Shown piece after piece: positions 1-8,302 of a stretch of 64,000 nt of DNA. This DNA is from a virus. The notes under the pieces were generated by a model. It was not told the DNA's origin. It did not search any database and worked only from the letters and a program-made list of their open reading frames with translations. The stretch covers positions 124,504-188,503 of the IMG/VR virus record IMGVR_UViG_2716884766_000001; one strand, 5' to 3'. Positions within the stretch are counted from its first letter, which is position 1. Every line of letters starts with the position of its first letter. The translations under genes were made by a program, and so were the position numbers.

Positions 1-398
1 TGTATGTCTGTGTGGATACTAGCAAGTGGTTGTGATAACCAATAGCATTCTTTATCAGTCATAGAGATCCCTTTCTTCTGACCGAACACATGGAAACCAG
101 GATGACCTAGTTTATCATCAATGGTACAAGGATCCCCTAGTTCCTCCTCGAATCTACGACACAGAATGTCGTACAACCAAGAGAACTTCTTCTTTAATAT
201 TGGATTGATTGCCTTCCTATGTCTATGGTACATGCCTATGTTCTCTGTACCATCGAGATAAGTGACTGCTCCTAGCGTCCAGAACGGAACACGAGGGGTG
301 TGTGGTTGACCACCACTACGGTTCAACCAACATTTATCTAGACTGTGTATTATATCTACTGCTCTCTGTCTCTCTTCTTCTGTCAGGATGTTCTTCAT
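1..398 (-). CDS. Partial CDS running off the window edge; possible 2OG-Fe(II) oxygenase-like protein
   Basis: Translated by hand from ATG at 398: MKNILTEEERQRAVDIIHSLDKCWLN...GHPGFHVF...LASIHTDI. It stays open to base 1 and ends in an HxD-like motif. Not in the ORF track. Confidence 0.55.
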   Translation of the reverse strand, partial: MKNILTEEERQRAVDIIHSLDKCWLNRSGGQPHTPRVPFWTLGAVTYLDGTENIGMYHRHRKAINPILKKKFSWLYDILCRRFEEELGDPCTIDDKLGHPGFHVFGQKKGISMTDKECYWLSQPLASIHTDI

Positions 399-408
399 CC
401 TGCCAAAC

Positions 409-1122
409 TTACATGTTGATGAAATCTGATAGGAACTGTTTAGAGTTTCCAACGTTGTCGATCCATGCTTCTTTGTGGTCATCACTTAATTCCATAAACT
501 TAGTTACTACATATGCTGCTTCCTTAACAGTGATTTCTAGTTCACTATCATCATAGAAGAAGTATGTTGTAGGGTTGGTGTTAGTATCTTCGATCTGCTC
601 TAGCATAAAGTTAAGAATGTTAGCACCATCATATGCTTCTGTCTTACCTTTATCCTTGTTAAGATTCTGTGCGATCTTCTTCTGTCTATCTTTTGCCTTA
701 CGTTGATAGTCAGCAGACTTAGCACGAGCGATTGTCTGGATCTCGTTCTTGCGGTTAGCGGCTCTCTTATCACGTTCTTGTTTCTTCTGCACCTTACGAC
801 GCTGAGATAAGAACTTGTATGCTTGTTTAGTAGCAGCTCCAGATTCTGCTAGTTGTTCTTCGTTCATTTTCTTTTTGCGTTTAGCTAATCGTTTAATAAG
901 TTTACGAGCTTGCTTGCTCCTACCATCTATGTAGGTAGGATCTTTTCTCCTGTGATCCCACTGTTTACCCGCAGACTCTTGCTTCTTACGTTTCTTAGTG
1001 GCACGTTTGGAGAACTTCATGATCGGATCAAACCCTGCTATAGCACCTTGTCCTGTGACGGGGGTGTTAATAGGACCCACGTTGCCACCAAATGTTCCCA
1101 TCTCAGCGAGTCCGTGGTTCAT
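409..1122 (-). CDS. Lys/Arg-rich putative internal head/core protein with a gp23-like N-terminal peptide
   Basis: 237 aa; ATGA overlap with the upstream gene; N-terminus LAE-MGTFGGNVGPINTPVTGQGAIAGFDPI resembles this phage's gp23 N-arm; highly basic middle region. Confidence 0.6.
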   Translation of the reverse strand: MNHGLAEMGTFGGNVGPINTPVTGQGAIAGFDPIMKFSKRATKKRKKQESAGKQWDHRRKDPTYIDGRSKQARKLIKRLAKRKKKMNEEQLAESGAATKQAYKFLSQRRKVQKKQERDKRAANRKNEIQTIARAKSADYQRKAKDRQKKIAQNLNKDKGKTEAYDGANILNFMLEQIEDTNTNPTTYFFYDDSELEITVKEAAYVVTKFMELSDDHKEAWIDNVGNSKQFLSDFINM

Positions 1123-1490
1123 AATGATTTGAGTTCCTTAATGATCTGTTCGTTAATAGGTATTCGTTTGAGAGTATCAGTCTCAACTTGGGGATAGCGT
1201 TCAAGGAATATCATAATTGATTTTATGATAGACCAATACTCCTTGTCCATCTTGTAGAACAAGAGGGGAGTAGCAGCCTCATTGAACACATTATATACTA
1301 TTATAATATGATTGAGAAGTAAGTGTAACTTGACCTCTCCGTTCTTTAGATACTTGTTAATGAGACGCTTGATATATTTAAAGCGTCTCAGGTCATCTAA
1401 AAAATCTTCTTTGGTAACCGCTGAAGGATTATCATAATATTTAATAGCGAATAGGACGTAGTTGTCCTCAGTCAATTCAGTAAAATTCAT
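1119..1490 (-). CDS. Conserved T4-like marine phage hypothetical protein
   Basis: 123 aa; MNFTELTEDNYVLFAIKYYDNP...DLRRFKYIKRL...LLLNHIIIVYNVF is a family recalled from cyanomyoviruses. Confidence 0.8.
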   Translation of the reverse strand: MNFTELTEDNYVLFAIKYYDNPSAVTKEDFLDDLRRFKYIKRLINKYLKNGEVKLHLLLNHIIIVYNVFNEAATPLLFYKMDKEYWSIIKSIMIFLERYPQVETDTLKRIPINEQIIKELKSL

Positions 1491-1493
1491 TCA

Positions 1494-2108
1494 TTAGTTG
1501 CCGTATGTGAGTGTAGCAGCTCCGTTTGTGATTACTTCTGTAGCACCCTTAGATGTAGTTATCTTACATCTGTACTTGTAACCGTCGAGTGAATCATCAC
1601 CGTAGCTACTGTAACCAAGGGTTGCTGTAGTGAAGTTAGCGTATGTGATACCTGTGTCAAGGTTAGCAGTGATGTTAGTCCATCTGTTTCCAGTGGCTGT
1701 CTGTCTCTGCCATACGTATGCGGGAGTACCAGATTGGTCAACAGATACTGTAACAGCAAATGTTCCTGCTTCACTAGAAGAAGTGGAGTTAGCAGGTTGA
1801 CCAGTAATAGTAATGGTCTCTAGTACGTCTGCTCCGATTGTATCGTCGGCTTGTGTCTCAGATGCGTTAGCTTCTGGTTTAGCAATGTAAACGAGTTGCT
1901 CTGCCTTATGGCGTGTCTTACCATGACTGTCGGTGTATGTAAAATACGACCACCAGCCAGGTGCGTTGAGTCCTCTGTCCTTATTGGACTTGAGTTGTGC
2001 TTCTGTATCGTCAATAAAGACAACAGTTTTTGCTTGTGATGAGGCACCAATACCTATACCAGCTTTGGTTTTATTAGCATTGCTGTCATCATTTCCATAA
2101 AGTGACAT
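1494..2108 (-). CDS. Virion structural protein with C-terminal Ig-like domain
   Basis: 204 aa; cyanophage-type N-terminus (VFIDDTEAQ...RGLNAPGWW...RHKAEQLV) plus Ig repeat (ITGQPANST...YVWQRQ...YKYRCKIT); AAGGAGA RBS and late promoter upstream. Confidence 0.75.
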   Translation of the reverse strand: MSLYGNDDSNANKTKAGIGIGASSQAKTVVFIDDTEAQLKSNKDRGLNAPGWWSYFTYTDSHGKTRHKAEQLVYIAKPEANASETQADDTIGADVLETITITGQPANSTSSSEAGTFAVTVSVDQSGTPAYVWQRQTATGNRWTNITANLDTGITYANFTTATLGYSSYGDDSLDGYKYRCKITTSKGATEVITNGAATLTYGN

Positions 2109-2145
2109 GAGACACTATCTCCTTGTTTGTTTAATACCTATGATT

Positions 2146-2153
2146 TATTTATT
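2146..2153 (-). promoter_or_regulatory. gp55-dependent late promoter (AATAAATA)
   Basis: ATAAATA on the minus strand about 40 nt upstream of the 204-aa structural gene. Confidence 0.7.
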
Positions 2154-2334
2154 CAAGTAGTGCTTTCTCTAGTGCTGCAACCAGTTGGTCATCTACTTTG
2201 TTACCTGATTTAGCTGCTGCTTTCTTCAGCAATCCGATAACGAACTCCTTGATTTTACCCTCTAGATCTTCGGGGATTTTGTCTACTGCTTTGTCGATAA
2301 TGTTGATAGCAATAGGTAGTAAGAATTTAGTCAT
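2149..2334 (-). CDS. Small helical hypothetical protein
   Basis: 61-aa ORF filling the gap between neighbours. Confidence 0.7.
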   Translation of the reverse strand: MTKFLLPIAINIIDKAVDKIPEDLEGKIKEFVIGLLKKAAAKSGNKVDDQLVAALEKALLE

Positions 2335-2350
2335 AATAATACAGTAATTA

Positions 2351-3052
2351 CTAATCTATATAGGGGTCTTCTAACACGAAGTCTGTGAGTTCTTCTAACT
2401 GGTCAATGGAGTAATCAAATATGACCACGATACGATCCCTAGTGCCATTATGCTGAGCCCAATGCTTATCATTATCATAAAATCCGAAAACATTCCCTAC
2501 CTCCCAAGTACGTTTGCGTCCTCTTACTGATAACCAAGCATCTGGATCTGTTACTACTGGGAAGTGTACCCGTAGAGAATCAATGTCACCGTTATGAGGA
2601 TTTATCTTAGTACCTGGTGAAAGACGAGAGATTGTTGCGGACTTTAACAATTTCTTAAGGATATCCTCTTCTAAGTATGCTGCTGTCTTGGGGCAGCAAC
2701 GTACGAAACTGTCATAGATCTTAGGACCTAACTCATTCATCTCTTCCAATGTAATATTAAAGAGCTTAGCAAACGATACCATCTCACTGAGTTGGTAGTC
2801 ACCATCTATTGCTGTACACCCTACCTCATTGATAGGAAAGGGTATGACTCTCCAGTCACCATCCCATAGTTGTACTCGTCCTAGGTTCTTATCATCCACC
2901 CACTTATCCATGATCCATTGATCCATCAAGTACTCATTGTCCTTGACGAATGCTAGTATCTCTGGAATTATTTCCTTATGTTTGTCTCTTAAATTACGGT
3001 AGGAACTAAGGTTTTCTAATCTGTCCTCGTACCAAATTTTCCTCACTGCCAC
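2351..3052 (-). CDS. Aspartyl/asparaginyl beta-hydroxylase (AspH)-family 2OG-Fe(II) dioxygenase
   Basis: LSPGTKINPHNG..LRVHFPV...W....FGFYDNDKHWAQHNG..DRIVVIFD matches the AspH cupin pattern. Confidence 0.8.
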   Translation of the reverse strand: MAVRKIWYEDRLENLSSYRNLRDKHKEIIPEILAFVKDNEYLMDQWIMDKWVDDKNLGRVQLWDGDWRVIPFPINEVGCTAIDGDYQLSEMVSFAKLFNITLEEMNELGPKIYDSFVRCCPKTAAYLEEDILKKLLKSATISRLSPGTKINPHNGDIDSLRVHFPVVTDPDAWLSVRGRKRTWEVGNVFGFYDNDKHWAQHNGTRDRIVVIFDYSIDQLEELTDFVLEDPYID

Positions 3053-3242
3053 ATCCCCATTGTATATTGTAAAGGCAACTGCCTATCAGCATGTCGTACG
3101 CATTTATATATTTGTCTTGCTTATTCTCATCATACAACCAACACTGTAAACTTCCATAGTTTGCTCTTGGTACTTCTTGATCGAACCACCAATCGTAAGG
3201 TGTGTATTTGTCTGATGCTTTGTATGTCATTAACAATTCCAA
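3006..3242 (-). CDS. Hypothetical protein
   Basis: 78-aa ORF overlapping both neighbours, aromatic-rich. Confidence 0.55.
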   Translation of the reverse strand: MELLMTYKASDKYTPYDWWFDQEVPRANYGSLQCWLYDENKQDKYINAYDMLIGSCLYNIQWGCGSEENLVRGQIRKP

Positions 3243-3865
3243 GCTCTAAGTGACTTATTTATTCTTGAATCAGGATCGTTAGCAGTCTTCTTAGACGTTA
3301 ACTTCTTCTTCATACCTTTCATTCTAGCACAGAAACTTGCTCTTCGCTTGTTTCCTTTCTTCTTTGATGGTGCTTTCAAGTCAGAGCCAGGATTCTCACG
3401 TTCATAAGACTTGCGTCCCTTCTCATTGAGTCCACCCTCCTTGTTCTTGCCAGACTTCTTAGTCCAAGCAGCACCTTCTAGGATACCATCCTTGTTCACC
3501 TTTGCTCCTTTAGGAATAGGTTTACATTTCTGGTCATCATTACAGAAGTAGTGACCTTCTTTACAGGTCTTCTTACCTTCTTCCATACTTGTTTCGTTCT
3601 TATGCTTCCAAGCAGTAGCATAAGCAATGCCTTCTTTGTCTTTAGGATAGTTCTTTTTTATATGCTTGACCATCCTAGCATACTTTTTTCCTTTTGGTGC
3701 CTCTTCCTTTACAGTTGCACAATCTTTTGTACCGTGAACAGGACACTCATCGCCTTTCTGTGTATGGTTACATGCCTCCTTTACCTTTTGCTTAGGTACC
3801 TTGGGCATTTTCTTGTCCCCTTTGAGGTGCGGTTGAGATCCATCGGCATCGTCGATCTCAGGCAT
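3230..3865 (-). CDS. Basic modular protein with C-terminal DUF6321-like domain; probably the C-terminal part of a frameshift fusion with 3883..5088
   Basis: C-terminus AAWTKKSGKNKEGGLNEKGRKSY...RRASFCARMKGMKKKLTS...DSRINKSLRAWNC is a widespread phage domain (family name from memory); weak RBS; frame stays open back to the A7G site. Confidence 0.75.
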   Translation of the reverse strand: MPEIDDADGSQPHLKGDKKMPKVPKQKVKEACNHTQKGDECPVHGTKDCATVKEEAPKGKKYARMVKHIKKNYPKDKEGIAYATAWKHKNETSMEEGKKTCKEGHYFCNDDQKCKPIPKGAKVNKDGILEGAAWTKKSGKNKEGGLNEKGRKSYERENPGSDLKAPSKKKGNKRRASFCARMKGMKKKLTSKKTANDPDSRINKSLRAWNC

Positions 3866-3882
3866 GATCTCAACGGGACCTA

Positions 3883-5088
3883 CTACTTTTTTTCAGTTAC
3901 CTCTTTACGCCACTCAGCGAACTCTTTAACGCAGTTTGGTACTGACTTACCACCCTTCATCTTAGTTCCTTTTGCTTTATATCCCTTCCAACAACTAGGT
4001 TTCTTAGGATCTCTACCTATGTTCTTACGTGCTGTTGCTAGTGATGCTTCCTCTACTGAGCTAGGAGTACCATCACCACCTAGATCCTTATCTTTCTCCT
4101 CATCTGAATGTGGAATAACTTTTCCAGTAGAAGGATCCTTCTCATGATGCTCCTTTGCCATCGCTTTAGAGATTGCCTTTCTCTTCTTATGAAGATACTT
4201 GTCGCTGCTATCTGTATCACCATCATTGTCTATATCTTTATCCTTTCTGTTCTTAAACTTTTTCTTTACTGCCACCTTGTTGACTGGATCAAGACTCTTC
4301 TCATCAAGAACTTCTTTGTTCTTGTCATCATTGATTGCGTGTTCATGATACTCAGACAGTGTGACGTTGAGTTCGTTGATTGATACGTTCTGCTCTAGAC
4401 CATGCTCAAACATAACATCGTAGTGTGTTACTGTTCCGTCTTCGTCTAGTGTGTGCTGTTCCTTCAGACAGTTTCCTGCTCCCCACTCTGGATGCTCAAC
4501 CTTAGTAGCACAAGCATGCTTAGGTTTCTTGATGGATGGTTTACCCTTTGTACCTTTTGGTTCTGCCATCTTCATGCCAGGTGCGTCACCGCCACCAACA
4601 CCTTTAGCACCGCTAGTGCCTTTAGGATTCTTGTTAGCTGTACCTTCCTTTCCGACTGGTGTCTTCTTGACTGGTGGTACTGGTGAGTACTCGTTAAGCT
4701 GATCTACTACAGCTTGAACTAGGGATTCATGGTTGTCCATCTTATCTTTTTTGGGGTCTGTTGGTATTACTTGCTTGACTTTGACTGATCCTTCTGGTTT
4801 CTGTACCTTCTGACCAGGTGTCAAGGACATAACGTATTGCCTATAGGCATCCGTACCAATTTCAAAGACTTCCTTAACGTCCTTGACCCATGTACGGAAC
4901 TTTGTATCTTCAGCTGTCAAACATATAAGATAGTTAGGACCTCTACGTATGATCTTGCCAACGTGATCTTTCTCAGTGAGTACCCACTCACCTACCTTAT
5001 AAATTTCTTCACGATAATATTGGTCACGGACGTTCTGATCCTTGACCTCTTTGCGTATCGTTTTGAAATCGCTGAATGATTTCATCAA
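3883..5088 (-). CDS. Basic modular putative internal head protein (N-terminal SH3-like module)
   Basis: 401 aa (ATG at 5085); modules RDQYYREEIYKVGEWV..GKIIRRGPNYLIC, HACATKVEHPEWG, KDKDIDNDGDTDSSDKYLHKKRKAI and CWKGY..PNCVKE; own late promoter. Confidence 0.75.
   Translation of the reverse strand: MMKSFSDFKTIRKEVKDQNVRDQYYREEIYKVGEWVLTEKDHVGKIIRRGPNYLICLTAEDTKFRTWVKDVKEVFEIGTDAYRQYVMSLTPGQKVQKPEGSVKVKQVIPTDPKKDKMDNHESLVQAVVDQLNEYSPVPPVKKTPVGKEGTANKNPKGTSGAKGVGGGDAPGMKMAEPKGTKGKPSIKKPKHACATKVEHPEWGAGNCLKEQHTLDEDGTVTHYDVMFEHGLEQNVSINELNVTLSEYHEHAINDDKNKEVLDEKSLDPVNKVAVKKKFKNRKDKDIDNDGDTDSSDKYLHKKRKAISKAMAKEHHEKDPSTGKVIPHSDEEKDKDLGGDGTPSSVEEASLATARKNIGRDPKKPSCWKGYKAKGTKMKGGKSVPNCVKEFAEWRKEVTEKK
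3886..3892 (-). other. Candidate -1 ribosomal frameshift slippery site A_AAA_AAG
   Basis: Minus strand GAA AAA AAG TAG TAG; the -1 frame reads K-V-V-G-P-V-E-I-M into the ORF at 3865; downstream GTTGAGATC/GATCTCAAC stem. Confidence 0.55.
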
Positions 5089-5109
5089 ACTCTAATCTTA
5101 TTACAGTTT

Positions 5110-5117
5110 TATTTATA
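5110..5117 (-). promoter_or_regulatory. Late promoter TATAAATA
   Basis: Exact T4 late consensus overlapping the stop of the nucleotidyltransferase gene. Confidence 0.75.
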
Positions 5118-5664
5118 ACAGTTCTGCTATTTCATCGAATAAATTCCGCGTCTCTTTAGGTCCCAAAGCCTTTGGTATACCTTTCTTGAACCCTTCAAAG
5201 TCTCCTGCTTCAGCTGCTCTCCGCATCTTTGTACCAGATATAGCGAAGGTATCACCATCAGCATCACGTTCTCCACTAGATATCACTTCTATCTTTCTGA
5301 AGGTGTAGTCCTTACCATTATAGTTCTTGATCCACTGCATAGCCTGCACTCTGTCACTACCTACTACCATGACAGCATCATCATATCCCTGTGACTGTAG
5401 TTCTGATAGTATAGCAACGGGATCTTTAGGACCTGATCTAATTTTCTTTGACAACTGTGGGAACATCTTCTTAGCATAGTATAATTTCCTGTCAGGAGGT
5501 AGAGGATTAGATCCTTTCTTATCTACAGTCTGCGACAAGTAGATATAGTAGTCACACTTCCCTGCCTTGCTTGCTACTGCCTTGAAGTTTTCACCATGAC
5601 CTATCGTTGGAGGTTGGAACCTACCAAAGGTGAAGTACACGCATTTATAATCTATTATCTCCAT
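5113..5664 (-). CDS. HIGH-superfamily nucleotidyltransferase (cytidyltransferase/NMNAT-like)
   Basis: FTFGRFQPPTIGH (HxGH-like), VVGSDRV, ISGTKMR (KMSKS-like). Confidence 0.85.
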   Translation of the reverse strand: MEIIDYKCVYFTFGRFQPPTIGHGENFKAVASKAGKCDYYIYLSQTVDKKGSNPLPPDRKLYYAKKMFPQLSKKIRSGPKDPVAILSELQSQGYDDAVMVVGSDRVQAMQWIKNYNGKDYTFRKIEVISSGERDADGDTFAISGTKMRRAAEAGDFEGFKKGIPKALGPKETRNLFDEIAELL

Positions 5665-6863
5665 TGTTTTGCCAGTGTGAAGTTGATGTAAGAGAACTCA
5701 ATTCTATTTACAAGTTTGATCATGTCTCCGTTGTGATGTAACACATAGCCCTCTGGTGCGGTGACCTTGTACCCCTTGTCAGTCCGTACAAAAGTTCTAA
5801 AAGTTTCAAGGTTATCTAATGCTTCTATGACTATAGTTTTATTCTCTTGTATCTTTCTATAGAGATTGAACATAGCATGGAACGCTTGTTCATTGTCTTC
5901 CAGATATGCTAGACCATCGTATAACATCTTCCTTCTCTCTGCCTGTTTCTGTACACTCTTCATCTTATTAACTTCCTTGCCCATCTTCTCGTGATAGAAC
6001 TCACCCAATGACTTGAGTGCTTTCTTAGGATCAGTGATACTACGAGACGCTTTGATCTCCGCATTGAAGAACTGTTTAAGATATGATGCTACATGAAACT
6101 TCTTATCACCTTTCGTACCCATGTTCTCTACTAGATGATCTAAAAACTTACCAGACTTCTTACACATCTGAGCTATGATTGTGACATTAGCTTCAAACTT
6201 TTTAAGTTTAGATGCGTCAACAGATACATCTGACATCTCTGTATCATTCTCTACTACCACCACGTTGTCAGACTTACTGAACTGTGAAGTAGGAGCACCA
6301 CCCTTTGCTGACATCGTAGTCAGTTCTTTACCAGTGTAGTGTGTATGAAATACTATTCCTATCTTTGCGTTCTTAATCTGTGTGCCTATAGGATGATCTA
6401 CTGGTATACCATAGGTGATAGTGTTAGGTGTAAACGTATATAATTTCTCACCATCTACCTCTTCCTCTTTTACATCTGAAGTGAACAACAGATCTCCCTG
6501 TACAACAGTAGGTATATTAAGATCAGGAAAATACTTGACACAGAATTTTAATTTCTCTTGTAGATCATTACTAGCATCACCGTACATAATATCTACATCT
6601 GCTTCGTCATAACATATCTTTGGTTCTTTATTAAATACTGACTTGGTTCCCGCAAAGAACATACCATTAACAGGATGCTTACCACATACTACAGCGGGAG
6701 CACCATCCCATTTAGTCTGCATGTAACCACTGCTAGGTTTCTTACCTAACATACGAAGCATCTCTTTCATAGCAGACACAGCAGCATCACACCCATCTAC
6801 TCCGTAGTTGAGCATCTCATCTTCTATATGTTCTAAGTGTTTTAGTTGAGTTATGTTTGCCAT
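5655..6863 (-). CDS. Conserved T4-like protein (DUF6267-like) with ligase/capping-enzyme nucleotidyltransferase motifs
   Basis: HLEHIED N-terminus; motif I TKWDG; VQGDLLF; APEGYVL; MIKLVNR. Confidence 0.7.
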   Translation of the reverse strand: MANITQLKHLEHIEDEMLNYGVDGCDAAVSAMKEMLRMLGKKPSSGYMQTKWDGAPAVVCGKHPVNGMFFAGTKSVFNKEPKICYDEADVDIMYGDASNDLQEKLKFCVKYFPDLNIPTVVQGDLLFTSDVKEEEVDGEKLYTFTPNTITYGIPVDHPIGTQIKNAKIGIVFHTHYTGKELTTMSAKGGAPTSQFSKSDNVVVVENDTEMSDVSVDASKLKKFEANVTIIAQMCKKSGKFLDHLVENMGTKGDKKFHVASYLKQFFNAEIKASRSITDPKKALKSLGEFYHEKMGKEVNKMKSVQKQAERRKMLYDGLAYLEDNEQAFHAMFNLYRKIQENKTIVIEALDNLETFRTFVRTDKGYKVTAPEGYVLHHNGDMIKLVNRIEFSYINFTLAKQWR

Positions 6864-8302
6864 TACATTGCTTTTAAATATGGTGCGGAATCTTTTGATT
6901 GTGATGTAGCATACAACGCAATTAAATTTGCCACTTTATCTTGGTCACCTGTTGATAAGTCCATCATTCTATCTACAAATAATAGACCAAGATACTTTGA
7001 GAAAACCCACTGCCCTTTAGTCGTTGTTCTATTGTAATGATAGTCTATAGTTTCCTTTGTCATCTTTGGTGCTACAAACTTAGAAGACTTCTTAGGATTC
7101 TTACTTCCATTAATAATATCCTCATGCTTCTTTGCTAATCTCAATAGACGATTGTTTAAACTACCGCTTTTAGCTGCTGATTTATACACATCAATATTTC
7201 TATACAGTTCTTTACCAGTCACCTCTCCTAGGATACGACTGTAAACACCACCACCTATCTTACCATGCTTAGCTAAAGAACCTATCGCTTCACCCTGCCA
7301 CTGTAATCCTTTACCTCCAGATGTATCACGGAACTGAACCTCTATTTTCATTTGACCCTGTGTATACATCCAAACATCTAATGAGTCAAATGACTTAGCA
7401 TATATGTCTTTAAAAGTATCCTCTGGTCTTGAAGCACTATAGTTTACATGTTTAAGAGTAATCTTATCACTGGTTGTTTTCTTTAGAGATATACCAAACA
7501 ATATTTTCTTATCAATAAACTCTTTGAGTAGAGCATTGTAAGAAGCAAAGTTAGTTGCTTTTGTCAACTGATCCTGAGTTACACTACACTCACATGCCCA
7601 GATATCTGCGGGTGTCCACTTGTTTAAGTTAGAAAATGGAGCTGAATCATAACTGTCGTTGACTTTCTTAAACTGTTTATTAAGCATGTCAACAAACTTA
7701 CCACCCCTGTACCATTTGTATTTGTTCTTTGTTCCTTTACCAAACTCATTATACAATGCGTTAGCAGTAGCCATACATGAATCAACCCATGCAGGTTCTT
7801 CTTCTAGAAATGCTTTGATGTCATCTAATTTTTTATCTGTATCAACTATACTCTCAACACTTTTATATTCATCATCATTTGGAGCATACTTTAAGTCTTT
7901 ACTCCTACTAAATCTAACAGCAGAAAACCATGCAGCAGCTGACTCTTGTAGTGCTGTTCCTGCTGCACCACCACCTGATCCCTTGTTAGATCCAAACCTT
8001 GTTGTCTTTTCTAGATCAGAGAGTTTCATATCAACAGTCCCACTCTTCGTGATATATTTTAACTTACCATTACCTTTTATAGCAGCGTTTAATTTATCAT
8101 GTATCTTTTCATCCATAGTATCAGCAGCGTCTTTGAGTAGACCAATTATCTTTGGGTCTTTAACCTGTACAGCATACTTGCCACCTTTCATGAACTCTAG
8201 AGGAGTTCCTTTTTGTATGGCATCTAACAATACAGCAGCACGTGACGTTCCTACACCTGTTGGGTCATTGCTTCGTAGATCTTTTGGTGATAGTGCTCCC
8301 AT
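6863..8302 (-). CDS. Putative PD-(D/E)xK-like nuclease, conserved in T4-like phages
   Basis: 479 aa; TALQES...KWTPADIW...GISLKK motif set; TAATG-coupled to both neighbours. Confidence 0.55.
   Translation of the reverse strand: MGALSPKDLRSNDPTGVGTSRAAVLLDAIQKGTPLEFMKGGKYAVQVKDPKIIGLLKDAADTMDEKIHDKLNAAIKGNGKLKYITKSGTVDMKLSDLEKTTRFGSNKGSGGGAAGTALQESAAAWFSAVRFSRSKDLKYAPNDDEYKSVESIVDTDKKLDDIKAFLEEEPAWVDSCMATANALYNEFGKGTKNKYKWYRGGKFVDMLNKQFKKVNDSYDSAPFSNLNKWTPADIWACECSVTQDQLTKATNFASYNALLKEFIDKKILFGISLKKTTSDKITLKHVNYSASRPEDTFKDIYAKSFDSLDVWMYTQGQMKIEVQFRDTSGGKGLQWQGEAIGSLAKHGKIGGGVYSRILGEVTGKELYRNIDVYKSAAKSGSLNNRLLRLAKKHEDIINGSKNPKKSSKFVAPKMTKETIDYHYNRTTTKGQWVFSKYLGLLFVDRMMDLSTGDQDKVANLIALYATSQSKDSAPYLKAM

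Noticed and set aside
3783-3885. Stop-codon read-through or alternative genetic code at the tandem TAG TAG
   Set aside because: Reading through in the same frame hits TAA after about 32 codons and never joins the 211-aa ORF; only the -1 frame does. Core genes elsewhere are not interrupted by TAG.
3551-4147. 198-aa plus-strand ORF (similarly 7659..8333, 38861..39637, 12580..13071 and other plus-strand ORFs)
   Set aside because: These are antisense shadows of well-supported minus-strand genes, with Ser/Leu/Phe-rich composition and no RBS or motifs.
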